Positions 1 to 11,099 of a DNA stretch of 64,000 nt are shown here, piece after piece; the stretch's first letter is position 1; each line of letters begins with the position of its first letter. This stretch comes from Bacteroidaceae bacterium (GTDB lineage Bacteria > Bacteroidota > Bacteroidia > Bacteroidales > Bacteroidaceae): the NCBI GenBank assembly GCA_024398635.1, contig JAKSIV010000009.1:5426-69425 (forward strand). The letters are read 5' to 3'. The position numbers and the translations under genes were made by a program. The notes under the pieces are model-generated. The model saw only the letters and a list, made by a program, of their open reading frames with translations, was not told the origin of the DNA and ran no database searches.

Positions 1-1161
1 GATGCCAACTCCCTTTTAGGCGAACTGATCCTGAAGGGGGCATACAGCTCATCGTTTGACGATGTATTTATCGAGAAGGTCTTCAATACTCCCCTACTCA
101 AGAAACAGGGCGAATGGGAGGACGATGAAGAGTACTGGTGCTATTACAGCATAACCGAGAAGGATTACCAGACACGCATCAAGTCCCTTGAGGACAGCAT
201 CTGCAGTCAGGCCGAGACAATGTGGAAACTGGGTATGTCATATCAGAAAGACGGAATGCTGTTTACGGCCGCCAAGACATATACCGAGGCCATGAACCTG
301 ATACATCCGCTCATCTACACCCAGCATAAGATCAAGTACAACTATGAGAACGTGGATCTGTTCACAAGCATATACAACAGCTACATCCACGTATATGACG
401 ACATCAAACTGACCTGTTCCATAGATGAGATCCCGGCAGTAGCCGGCGAGGGCGTCCCCGCCACATTCAAGGTTTCAGCCGAACAGAACGGTACTCCAGC
501 CCGCAAGATCGGAGTCGTGATGGAGTATGAAGGAACCATTGACGGAGCTTTCATGACCGATGATGAGGGTGTTGCCACATTCTCCATCGCCAAGGCAACC
601 GACGAGCCGTTGCAGACAATCACCTTCTCGCTTGACAAGGACGGTCTGTACGGCCTCCCCGAGACATACGCATTCAAACAGCTGACCGCCGGAGCTGACA
701 AACTCGCTTCAACCAAGACATCCGTCAAGCTGTTCGATCCAACGAATTACATCTACCTGAACGTCAATCCTGCCGATTCGGCCACCGAGAAAGCCGTCAA
801 CGACCTGATTTCGGCCCGTAAGGACCTGGTAATAGTAACCGACAAGAGCAAGGCGGACCTCATTCTCGATGTAACTCCTTCAGTAAAACTCGACCAGGAG
901 GCCGATCCGAAAGCCAAATGGCCCATAAACAAGTATCTTTCATCACTCAAGGTTACTCTTACCGAGGCATCGTCAGGCAATGAGCTGTTCCAGTACGGCA
1001 TCAGTGATTTCCAGTATCTGGCACCCTCAGGCAGGACCAAGGAGCAGGTGCTCCACTTATCGGCCAAGGAGATGTCACGCCAGCTGACGCGTGAATTCCC
1101 CGACAAGTTCAAATCATTCGGCTATGACAAGCGTTCACTTGTCTGGTCAAAACTCAAATAA
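1..1161 (+). CDS. hypothetical protein, 5' end lies outside the window
   Basis: Frame 1 is open from base 1 to the TAA at 1159-1161. The track ORF 220..1161 is only the part after the first Met. It sits 11 nt upstream of the next co-directional gene. No family recognised. Confidence 0.6.
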   Translation, partial: DANSLLGELILKGAYSSSFDDVFIEKVFNTPLLKKQGEWEDDEEYWCYYSITEKDYQTRIKSLEDSICSQAETMWKLGMSYQKDGMLFTAAKTYTEAMNLIHPLIYTQHKIKYNYENVDLFTSIYNSYIHVYDDIKLTCSIDEIPAVAGEGVPATFKVSAEQNGTPARKIGVVMEYEGTIDGAFMTDDEGVATFSIAKATDEPLQTITFSLDKDGLYGLPETYAFKQLTAGADKLASTKTSVKLFDPTNYIYLNVNPADSATEKAVNDLISARKDLVIVTDKSKADLILDVTPSVKLDQEADPKAKWPINKYLSSLKVTLTEASSGNELFQYGISDFQYLAPSGRTKEQVLHLSAKEMSRQLTREFPDKFKSFGYDKRSLVWSKLK

Positions 1162-1172
1162 CACCGTTCCGC

Positions 1173-3410
<2,238 letters not shown>

Positions 3411-3414
3411 CCGA

Positions 3415-4539
3415 ATGATGAAAAGACTCAGATACATATTGATCATCGCTTTGCTTGCATCATCCGTCCCGATGCACGCACAGATAGAATTGAAGACGCC
3501 TGAACGTGTCGTCAGGATGCTGGAGAGCATGCCTGTCAGCGACATTCCCCAGTCCGGCCAGTTCAAGTGTCCCGATCTTAGCGGCACAATTGTGTTCTAT
3601 ACCGAGGCCCGGGACGGCGTAACCGTCCAGTTGGGAGCACGTCTTTTCTCCGACGGCATCCGCAACACATATGATCCTGTCATTATAAGTTTCGTTGAAC
3701 GCCTTTGGGTGGAGCTGCTCCTGCGCAAGACCACCGAATCGCAGGCAAGCCTGCTCAAGGAATACGGAGTCAGGATAGTCTTAGGCGGTTATCCGCTCGG
3801 TTCAGGCAGTTTTGGCAGGCTCAGTCAGGCTCTTGACGTAATCAATTCGCTCTCATCGCTCTCCATCACGACCGGAGGCAGCGAGATCGATATGTTCATG
3901 CGTGACAAGACCGGCACGACACTGCATATCTACATACCTTCAAGCCGCGACCTGCTGTTCCCCTATGACAAGAAGGAGCATGAAGAGTGGCTTATCAACG
4001 ACCTGACCCAAACCAAGATCCAATATAAGCAGACCGTTCCTGAACTTACAGATGTAAAGACAGCCGCCAACGGTCTTCTGGTAACAGGCGGTGAGTGCTA
4101 CATGATTGATTCCCTGCGCAACGACGTCTTCCTTGACAAGGACAGACGAGTTCTTTGGAATCCCATGTCATACCCTGAAGAGTCCATGCGCAACATCCTG
4201 ATGAGTGCGGCCGATGCACGTCATCTGACCGGTATTGTGCTTGACATCACACCGCACACATACAATCGTGACATAAAGAAATTCCGTATTCCACTGAATC
4301 TGTTCATGGGATATGTCCAGCAGCAGGGATACCGTTTCTTTACCGGTGACGTGGGACGCGACGGCGACCGTAGCCAGTGCCTGCTGACCATGTATCATCC
4401 GGTATACAACTACCTTCACATACTGTCAGTCAGTTTCACTCCTGACCAGTTGGAGTCAACCGGAGAGAGGGTCATAAAGGCAGATTTATCCACTTTCATT
4501 CCGCAACATAACATCAAGAACTTATTTCAGGAAAAATAA
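3415..4539 (+). CDS. hypothetical exported protein
   Basis: An internal ATG at 3415 gives the signal peptide MMKRLRYILIIALLASSVPMHAQ. The track start at 3373 overlaps the upstream gene and adds a non-signal extension. No family recognised. Confidence 0.7.
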   Translation: MMKRLRYILIIALLASSVPMHAQIELKTPERVVRMLESMPVSDIPQSGQFKCPDLSGTIVFYTEARDGVTVQLGARLFSDGIRNTYDPVIISFVERLWVELLLRKTTESQASLLKEYGVRIVLGGYPLGSGSFGRLSQALDVINSLSSLSITTGGSEIDMFMRDKTGTTLHIYIPSSRDLLFPYDKKEHEEWLINDLTQTKIQYKQTVPELTDVKTAANGLLVTGGECYMIDSLRNDVFLDKDRRVLWNPMSYPEESMRNILMSAADARHLTGIVLDITPHTYNRDIKKFRIPLNLFMGYVQQQGYRFFTGDVGRDGDRSQCLLTMYHPVYNYLHILSVSFTPDQLESTGERVIKADLSTFIPQHNIKNLFQEK

Positions 4540-4548
4540 CCGATAATT

Positions 4549-5544
4549 ATGAGAATAAAGCATTTTCTATTCACGGCAGCACTGGCATTATTCGCAGTGA
4601 CAGCCAACGCGCAATTGGACGTAGTACGTTTCAGCATCCAGGACGGCATATCGGACGCCAATCTGAAGGCCGGCATAGAGAAAAGTACATCTATACTGCT
4701 TTCAGCTCTCAACGCAACCGTCATCTCAGGAAAGTCAAAGATCAAGCTTGAAAAGGAGGACGAGTCACTGTTTACCAAAGACGGCCGCCGTTGCCTTGAC
4801 GAGATGTGGGCGTCAAGTGCCATGATGTGCCCCGTATCACAGGTTACTGAGAAGGGTATCTCAATGCAGAACGGAACGGTTCAGGTCCGAAACGTGCCTA
4901 TCACACTGCTTGCCGCCGATGAGGACAACTGCGAGCAGGAACTTGTTCTCTGCTTCAACGAGAAGGGCCAGATTGACAACATCATGATCGCACTTGAGGA
5001 GCATCGTTACCTTGATGTGATCAACGCCCAGATAAGCGTCAAGGATTTCCATCGCCGTCAGGCTATCATCGACTTCGTCGAGAACTTCCGCACAGCCTAT
5101 AACCGCAAGGACATTGAATACATCAACAACGTATTCAGCGACAACGCCCTCATCATCACCGGTAAGGTTGTCAAGATTGACAAGAAGAGACAGGACCTGA
5201 CCTCACAGTCACTCAACAACGAGCAGATCCAGTATCAGAAATCAACCAAGGAGGAGTATATCAACAACCTCAAGAGATGCTTCAAGAACAACAGCTACAT
5301 CAACCTCATTTTCGATGAGATCGAGGTTATGCGTCACCCCAAGCGTGATGACATATTCGGCGTAACCCTGAAGCAGCACTGGAACTCATCCAACTACTCG
5401 GATGTAGGTTATCTGTTCCTGATGATCAATTTCGAGGACGAGATGAATCCCAGCATCCAGGTACGCACATGGCAGCCTGACAAGTACAACGGCAAACCGC
5501 TGCCGCGTGACGAGGTATTCTCACTCGACATGTTCAGCATCTGA
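4549..5544 (+). CDS. hypothetical exported protein
   Basis: Signal peptide MRIKHFLFTAALALFAVTANAQ. It starts 9 nt after the upstream stop. No family recognised. Confidence 0.7.
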   Translation: MRIKHFLFTAALALFAVTANAQLDVVRFSIQDGISDANLKAGIEKSTSILLSALNATVISGKSKIKLEKEDESLFTKDGRRCLDEMWASSAMMCPVSQVTEKGISMQNGTVQVRNVPITLLAADEDNCEQELVLCFNEKGQIDNIMIALEEHRYLDVINAQISVKDFHRRQAIIDFVENFRTAYNRKDIEYINNVFSDNALIITGKVVKIDKKRQDLTSQSLNNEQIQYQKSTKEEYINNLKRCFKNNSYINLIFDEIEVMRHPKRDDIFGVTLKQHWNSSNYSDVGYLFLMINFEDEMNPSIQVRTWQPDKYNGKPLPRDEVFSLDMFSI

Positions 5545-5574
5545 TAATCACTTCACACCGAAAAAACTGATCCT

Positions 5575-6984
5575 ATGATAAGAAACTTAAAGACATTACT
5601 GACCATTGCAGTAATTTCACTGTTCACTACAGTCAGTGCACAGAATCAGCTCAAGAATCTGGTAATAACCAACATCACTCCCGAGTTGAGCGTTTATCCC
5701 TGCGGAGACCGTCATGAGGCATTGGTGATACTACGCTGTCAGGAACCTTTTGACCTTGTACTGGCATCGAACTACGATGCTAACCTTGACCTGAGCGTAA
5801 CGACCGAGGGTCCTGAGAAGGTCTATAGCATAATATTCAAGACCAAGGAGGAGGGAACATCCTTCAAGGGCCGTCAGCTCACCGTTGTGGCCGAAGGATT
5901 CCGTAAGAACTACATTCCACTGAACCTGAGCGACAAGGAGAAGCTGGAGTTCATGGTATCGGACCCCTACTCCAAGCTGCGCAGCCTGTTCTACACATCA
6001 TCCGAGGAGGGTTTGAGTTTCATGACCGACGGTCTGTATGACGCTGCCATCGACAAATTCAATGTAGCTAAGCAGTGCCCTGAGTACACCGAGGTTGAGA
6101 ATCATCTTGACAGCTATATCGAGAAGTGCGACTCATTGAAGGCATGGACCGCCACAGCAAGCGCATATATGGATAACGAGGATTATTTCAATGCCCGCCT
6201 CATGTACATGAAGATGCTGACAGAGAATCCTTCAAGCCAGCTTATCCGCGATCTCTATTTTAACGCCAATGAGAACTTCAACCGTGTCAGCAAGCACGAT
6301 ATTGAGGTTGCGCAGGCTTATTTTGACTCCAAGCGATATGAAGAGGCACGTACATTATACGAGCATGCCATCGCCCAGAACAACCCGCAGTCAGCATTGG
6401 CCGGCCAGAATCTGGCTTTCATCCAGCTCAAGCGTTACAAGCAGGACAACCACACCCGCTCTGTATCATATGTATATGCCAAGAACTACCCCATCGGATT
6501 CATGTATGCCGGACTTAAGCCTGACAAGACCGCAGGTTACATCTCATTAGGACTCGAGAAGGGAATGTTTGACCTGGCATCAGGCAGCGTCGATCCCATA
6601 ACGACCGAGAATACCGTGCCCGACAAACCCATGTACCAGGCAATGGCCAGCATCGGTTGGACATTACGCATTTACACCACCAACGAGAATGACATCGTTC
6701 CTAAGGTTTGGCTTCTGATGACTCCCTTCAGCTATGCAGGAGGCGGTTTCTACACCAAGATTGCCAATCCTAACTATAATCCTAACACAACCGAGGAGAA
6801 AGAGTTCATCGAGAAATACCACTGGATGAATGCCCTGGCTCCTGAAATTGGTCTTGCCGTACGCTCATGGCGTGCCGTACTCAGCTACCGCTTCCAGTAC
6901 CGATATGTCATGAACAAGGAGAGACCCGCATCAAACAATCTGGGAATGGCCAGACATCTCATCGGATTAGGATTCTGCTGGTAA
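5575..6984 (+). CDS. hypothetical exported protein, TPR-like middle region, possible outer-membrane beta-barrel C-terminus
   Basis: Signal peptide MIRNLKTLLTIAVISLFTTVSAQ. The C-terminal third has alternating aromatic/small residues and ends in GLGFCW. The terminal aromatic residue is typical of OMPs. Confidence 0.65.
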   Translation: MIRNLKTLLTIAVISLFTTVSAQNQLKNLVITNITPELSVYPCGDRHEALVILRCQEPFDLVLASNYDANLDLSVTTEGPEKVYSIIFKTKEEGTSFKGRQLTVVAEGFRKNYIPLNLSDKEKLEFMVSDPYSKLRSLFYTSSEEGLSFMTDGLYDAAIDKFNVAKQCPEYTEVENHLDSYIEKCDSLKAWTATASAYMDNEDYFNARLMYMKMLTENPSSQLIRDLYFNANENFNRVSKHDIEVAQAYFDSKRYEEARTLYEHAIAQNNPQSALAGQNLAFIQLKRYKQDNHTRSVSYVYAKNYPIGFMYAGLKPDKTAGYISLGLEKGMFDLASGSVDPITTENTVPDKPMYQAMASIGWTLRIYTTNENDIVPKVWLLMTPFSYAGGGFYTKIANPNYNPNTTEEKEFIEKYHWMNALAPEIGLAVRSWRAVLSYRFQYRYVMNKERPASNNLGMARHLIGLGFCW

Positions 6985-6993
6985 AAAGACAAA

Positions 6994-8112
6994 ATGCTTG
7001 AAATCAAAGAGGTCCTTACAGACAAGGACAAGAAGAAACTGTTCAGGTTCCCTATTGACCTGTACAGAGATTGCGATATGTATGTGCCGGTACTCATCGG
7101 CGATGAGATGGACACCTTCAATCCCAAGAAGAACGGAGCCTACAGCTATGCCGACAGCAGGCTGTGGTTAGCGTATCGTGACGGAAAGATCGTAGGCCGG
7201 ATAGGTGCCATCCTGAACCGCGCCGCCAATGAGAAAGACAACGTGAAACAGCTGCGTTTTACGCGCTTTGACTTCATTGATGACTTTGAGGTCTCCAAGG
7301 CACTGTTTGATACCGTTGCGGCATGGGCCCGCGAGCTTGGCATGACCGAGCTGGTAGGTCCGTTGGGATTCTCCAACCTGGACAAACAGGGAATGCTGGT
7401 GGATGGTTTTGACCAGCTTGACATGTACATAACGCTCTACAACTACCCCTACTACATTGAGCACATGAAACGTCTCGGGCTGACCAAGAAATGGGACTGG
7501 ACCGAGACCAAGGTGATTGTTCCTGACCAGGTTCCGCCCAAGATGGACCAGATTGCCGATATCTCCGAGAAGCGTTACGGATACTCCATCAAGAAGTTCC
7601 GCAACATGAAGGAGGTGCGTCCGTATATCCGCAAGGCAATGGAGATAATCAACATCGCCTTTGCCAAGCTGCACGGCGTGGTGCCCCTGTCCGACAAGCA
7701 GATTGAGAATATGGAACACCTTATAGCTTTGGTGGGACGCCCCGAGTATTCACTCATGGTACAGAACCAGCAGGGCGAGCTTGTGGGATTCGGATTCATC
7801 GCACCGTCAATCAGTCGCGGCATCCGTGCCAGTAAGGGTAAGTTGGGCCTGTTTTCGGCTTTGAAAATCCTGAGCGACCTGAACGATCATCGGCACATAG
7901 ATTTCTATATGATTGGCGTGCGGCCCGAGGACCAGAAAAAAGGCGTGGAATGCATCATTCTGCGTGAAGGAATCAAGGCCATCCAGTCACACGGAGGCAT
8001 AGACTGCCAGACCGGACCCATGCTTGAGGACAACGCCAACGTCCAGAACATCTGGAAGCACTTTGAGCACTATACGCACCGTCGTCGCCGCTGCTGGACA
8101 ATTGGGGTCTGA
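6994..8112 (+). CDS. cytoplasmic protein, probably a GNAT-fold acyltransferase-like family (recalled from Bacteroides annotations, not verified)
   Basis: 372-aa ORF with no signal peptide, 9 nt after the upstream gene. Its last codons and TGA stop lie inside a palindromic repeat. Confidence 0.6.
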   Translation: MLEIKEVLTDKDKKKLFRFPIDLYRDCDMYVPVLIGDEMDTFNPKKNGAYSYADSRLWLAYRDGKIVGRIGAILNRAANEKDNVKQLRFTRFDFIDDFEVSKALFDTVAAWARELGMTELVGPLGFSNLDKQGMLVDGFDQLDMYITLYNYPYYIEHMKRLGLTKKWDWTETKVIVPDQVPPKMDQIADISEKRYGYSIKKFRNMKEVRPYIRKAMEIINIAFAKLHGVVPLSDKQIENMEHLIALVGRPEYSLMVQNQQGELVGFGFIAPSISRGIRASKGKLGLFSALKILSDLNDHRHIDFYMIGVRPEDQKKGVECIILREGIKAIQSHGGIDCQTGPMLEDNANVQNIWKHFEHYTHRRRRCWTIGV

Positions 8113-8121
8113 CCCCAATTG
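8094..8121. repeat. palindromic element CTGGACAATTGGGGTCTGACCCCAATTG
   Basis: Bases 8099-8121 form a 23-nt palindrome. The TGA stop of CDS 6994..8112 (8110-8112) lies at its centre. Confidence 0.9.
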
Positions 8122-8167
8122 CGCATGCAAAAGCTGGCGATATACGGTGAGTTAACCACGTGCAAAA

Positions 8168-8190
8168 GGGGTCTGACCCCAATTGTCCAG
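8168..8190. repeat. second copy of the palindromic element, GGGGTCTGACCCCAATTGTCCAG
   Basis: It shares an 18-nt direct repeat, GGGGTCTGACCCCAATTG, with 8104-8121. The outer arms 8094-8109 and 8175-8190 are perfect inverted repeats. Confidence 0.9.
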
Positions 8191-8193
8191 CAC

Positions 8194-9081
8194 TCAAATC
8201 GCTGAAATTTTAAAGATAAAGCTAGCAGTTTTTCCTGCCTCCAGCCTGTTGATATAATCCCTGCCCGATATATCGCCGTCATAGCCCTGATAGTCGCAGC
8301 GACCCATCCAGGGCTCTATGCATACAAACGGGGCGTTTTTGCCGGGAGGTGACCACAGGCCCCAGACAGGTGCGTCCTGGGTCTGGACTGTTATGTAGGG
8401 ATTGCAGTCTTTGTCGTATAGTATTACCTGGTCCAGCTGATACTCCTCCAGCACCAGCGCATCATCTGCAAAAAGGCCCGGAGTAAGGGGCAGCATGGCG
8501 TCGCTGTCCAGTTCCATCATGCCGGCACTGTCGCTGCGGTAGCCGTCCTCTGTGAGTTGGCCTATGATTAACCGGCTTATGGGTTCATCGCCCTGCGTAA
8601 GGCGGAAGTAGCCGTGAATGGGATCATCCTTATGGAAATCGCGGTAATTGAATCCGGGGTGCGCACCTATCTGATAGTACATCGGCCCGTCACCCGGGTT
8701 TTTTATACGCCACTCAATTATGAGGGTGTTGTCCTCAAGGCGGTAGGTTGCCTCCAATCTGAACTCATACGGGAAGACCTTGAGTGACTGCTCATCGGAC
8801 TCAAGGCACAGTACTATACTCTCCTTGTCGTGACAGAGCACCTTGAAATCGCGGTCTCGGGCCAGTCCGTGCTGCGGCAGGCTGTAGGTATTGTCCCCAA
8901 CTCTGTACTGTCCGTTCCACACCTTGCCCACTATAGGGAAGAGCATGGGCGCATGTCGGCCCCAGTACTCCTTATCGGCCGTCCATATCAGTTCTTCGCC
9001 GGAGTCCTTTCTCTTGAGGCTGGTAAGCTCGGCTCCGTGCAGATCTATATCGGCACATATAAGATCATTCTCAATAATCAT
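8194..9081 (-). CDS. aldose 1-epimerase family protein
   Basis: The N-terminus (DLHGAELTSLK...WGRHAPMLFPIVGK...LPQHGLARD) is typical of the galactose-mutarotase-like family. Confidence 0.8.
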   Translation of the reverse strand: MIIENDLICADIDLHGAELTSLKRKDSGEELIWTADKEYWGRHAPMLFPIVGKVWNGQYRVGDNTYSLPQHGLARDRDFKVLCHDKESIVLCLESDEQSLKVFPYEFRLEATYRLEDNTLIIEWRIKNPGDGPMYYQIGAHPGFNYRDFHKDDPIHGYFRLTQGDEPISRLIIGQLTEDGYRSDSAGMMELDSDAMLPLTPGLFADDALVLEEYQLDQVILYDKDCNPYITVQTQDAPVWGLWSPPGKNAPFVCIEPWMGRCDYQGYDGDISGRDYINRLEAGKTASFIFKISAI

Positions 9082-9129
9082 AGGTCAAGTAATTACAACG
9101 CGAAGATAATGTTTTTCTGCAGTATTTAT

Positions 9130-9137
9130 TATTTTTG
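9130..9137 (+). promoter_or_regulatory. Bacteroidetes-type -7 box TATTTTTG
   Basis: Matches TAnnTTTG and lies 27 nt upstream of the ATG at 9165. Confidence 0.45.
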
Positions 9138-9164
9138 CAAAAACGCTAACCAAAAACTATCACA

Positions 9165-10418
9165 ATGAAAAGAATCCTACTTGTTATTGCGCTGTTTATA
9201 TGTGCTTTCTCATACGCACAGCGAATGAATGTGCTGGAAGAGGTCAAGGCCAATCCGCAAAAATCGTACGGTACCGACTACCCCTATACTTTCGATGCTC
9301 CGGCCCTGACAAAAGCCCCCAAAGGCTATTCTCCATTCTATATCAGCCATTATGCCCGTCACGGCTCGCGTTACTATTGGAACAATTCGCTCTATCTTGA
9401 GTTGGACACCATCATGACCGAGGCTCATGAGAAGCATCTTCTCAATGCCGAGGGCGAGAAGTTCTACGAGCAGTACAAGGCCCTCTACCCCGAATTCATG
9501 GCCGGCATGGGTGAGCTCACCCGCGTAGGCTGGGACCAGCATCAGGGAATAGCACGCAAGATGTATGAAAGTTTCCCCGAGGTATTCAAGAACGGCGGCA
9601 CAATACGCGCCATTTCATCCACAACGGGCCGATGCATCATCAGTATGGCAGCATTCTGCCAGGCAATGGTACAGTGCAACCCCAAGATTGACATATATGA
9701 GCAGGCATCAAGAGCAACCCTTCACGGCGTTAAACCCGATGCCGACGAAAATCCCTACAAGACCAGGGCTCCCCGAGCAAGACTTGAGATGGACATGAGC
9801 GGATTCAAACCTGAGACACAGCAGATTGCATCGAATGATGAGATCGTAGCACGTCTCTTCACCAGCACCGAGGGTCTCTCCCGCAACTCACGCCGCATAT
9901 ACAGCAACCTCAAGAATCTCTATACATCACTTCCCAGCATTGGTCATGAGGAGCTTCTGGTAGGTCTGTTCAAACCCGAAGAACTGACTGCAAATTGGGA
10001 GAGTTCCAACCTTAGTTCATACCGCAACTGGTATAGGGACATCAACGTCATGAAACCCATCGTGGCCGATATTCTCGAGCAGGCCAAGCTGGTCATTGAC
10101 GGTGAGTGCAATGATATTGCATCCCTGCGCTTTGGACATGACACCAATCTGGGACCGCTCACCATCCTGATGGGTATCAACATGCCCAAGGAGGGTGTAT
10201 CGGACCCCAATGAGCTCAAGTACTATTTCCAGAGCTGGCAGATAGGTAAGGCTGCCAACCTGCAGTTCATATTCTACAAGAGCAAGAAGAACCCAGAAAT
10301 TCTGGTAAAGTGCCTGCAGAACGGCTTTGAGGTACAGCTTCCGCTTGACACGGACAACTACCCCTACTACAAATGGAGTGACTTCTACGCTTACTACAGC
10401 GCCATCTGCGCCGAGTGA
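9165..10418 (+). CDS. histidine phosphatase superfamily (branch 2, acid phosphatase / MINPP-like), exported
   Basis: Signal peptide MKRILLVIALFICAFSYAQ. The catalytic RHGSRY motif is present (SHYARHGSRYYW). Confidence 0.8.
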   Translation: MKRILLVIALFICAFSYAQRMNVLEEVKANPQKSYGTDYPYTFDAPALTKAPKGYSPFYISHYARHGSRYYWNNSLYLELDTIMTEAHEKHLLNAEGEKFYEQYKALYPEFMAGMGELTRVGWDQHQGIARKMYESFPEVFKNGGTIRAISSTTGRCIISMAAFCQAMVQCNPKIDIYEQASRATLHGVKPDADENPYKTRAPRARLEMDMSGFKPETQQIASNDEIVARLFTSTEGLSRNSRRIYSNLKNLYTSLPSIGHEELLVGLFKPEELTANWESSNLSSYRNWYRDINVMKPIVADILEQAKLVIDGECNDIASLRFGHDTNLGPLTILMGINMPKEGVSDPNELKYYFQSWQIGKAANLQFIFYKSKKNPEILVKCLQNGFEVQLPLDTDNYPYYKWSDFYAYYSAICAE

Positions 10419-10425
10419 GCGTTTC

Positions 10426-10576
10426 GCCAAAGTGTCCCACAACGAACCCCGCCACAAGCTCTGTAGCGGGGTTCACTGTGTTACATACCCTCATTTTAGG
10501 GGGTGTGTCCCACGCTCATCGGCCCCAGAGAGGGCTCTCGCGGGGGTGCTTGTGGGACACTTTGGCGGGATTAGAG
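10426..10576. repeat. MITE-like element, copy 1 (141-bp core with 17-bp terminal inverted repeats GCCAAAGTGTCCCACAA, plus 10 shared flanking nt)
   Basis: It is the reverse complement of 13798..13948 apart from a 5-nt hairpin loop. It sits between two convergent gene ends. Confidence 0.9.
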
Positions 10577-11095
10577 GTAGCGGACGGTCTCGGACAGGGG
10601 CTTGCGCTTGGGGTGACGGTCCGATGCCACACCATCCGGGGCTGCATAGCCGATGGGCATGAGCGCAACGGGCTTGATATTGAGTGGCAGGTTGAACAGC
10701 TGGCGGGTAGCCTTGAAGTCAAAGCTGCATACCCAGCAGGAGCCGATGCCCAGCTCCCATGCCTGGAGCATCATGTGGGTGAGCACGATGGTGGCGTCCA
10801 TCTCGCCAGCGGAGTGACCCTCGTCCTCATGCTTGCGGTTTTTCCAGCAGATATCCTCATCATAGCACACCAGCAACGCCTGCGGAGCATGGAACATATA
10901 CGGCGTCACGCTAGCCATCTTGGCCACGGCATCCGGACTCTGAAGCACATAAATTACCTGTGGCTGGAAGTTTACGGCAGTAGGTGCCACGCGGCCTGCC
11001 TCAAGTATCTTTTCAAGTTTCTCAGGCTCCACCTTGCGGTCCGAGAACGAGCGCACCGAGTAGCGCGCCTTGCATAATTCAAGAAAATCTGTCAT
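10571..11095 (-). CDS. nitroreductase family protein
   Basis: MTDFLELCKARYSVRSFSDRKV...ILEAGRVAPTAVNFQP is a classic nitroreductase N-terminus. The start is moved to the ATG at 11095 because the track ORF carries a 21-aa non-homologous extension. Confidence 0.85.
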   Translation of the reverse strand: MTDFLELCKARYSVRSFSDRKVEPEKLEKILEAGRVAPTAVNFQPQVIYVLQSPDAVAKMASVTPYMFHAPQALLVCYDEDICWKNRKHEDEGHSAGEMDATIVLTHMMLQAWELGIGSCWVCSFDFKATRQLFNLPLNIKPVALMPIGYAAPDGVASDRHPKRKPLSETVRYL

Positions 11096-11099
11096 ATCA

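Noticed and set aside
10415-11077. 220-aa plus-strand ORF and several 60-110-aa ORFs across 10267..10722 and 13658..13993.
   Set aside because: They run through the MITE-like repeat and antisense to the nitroreductase gene. The same peptides (AKVSHKHPRESPLWGR and similar) appear in both repeat copies simply because the DNA is repeated.
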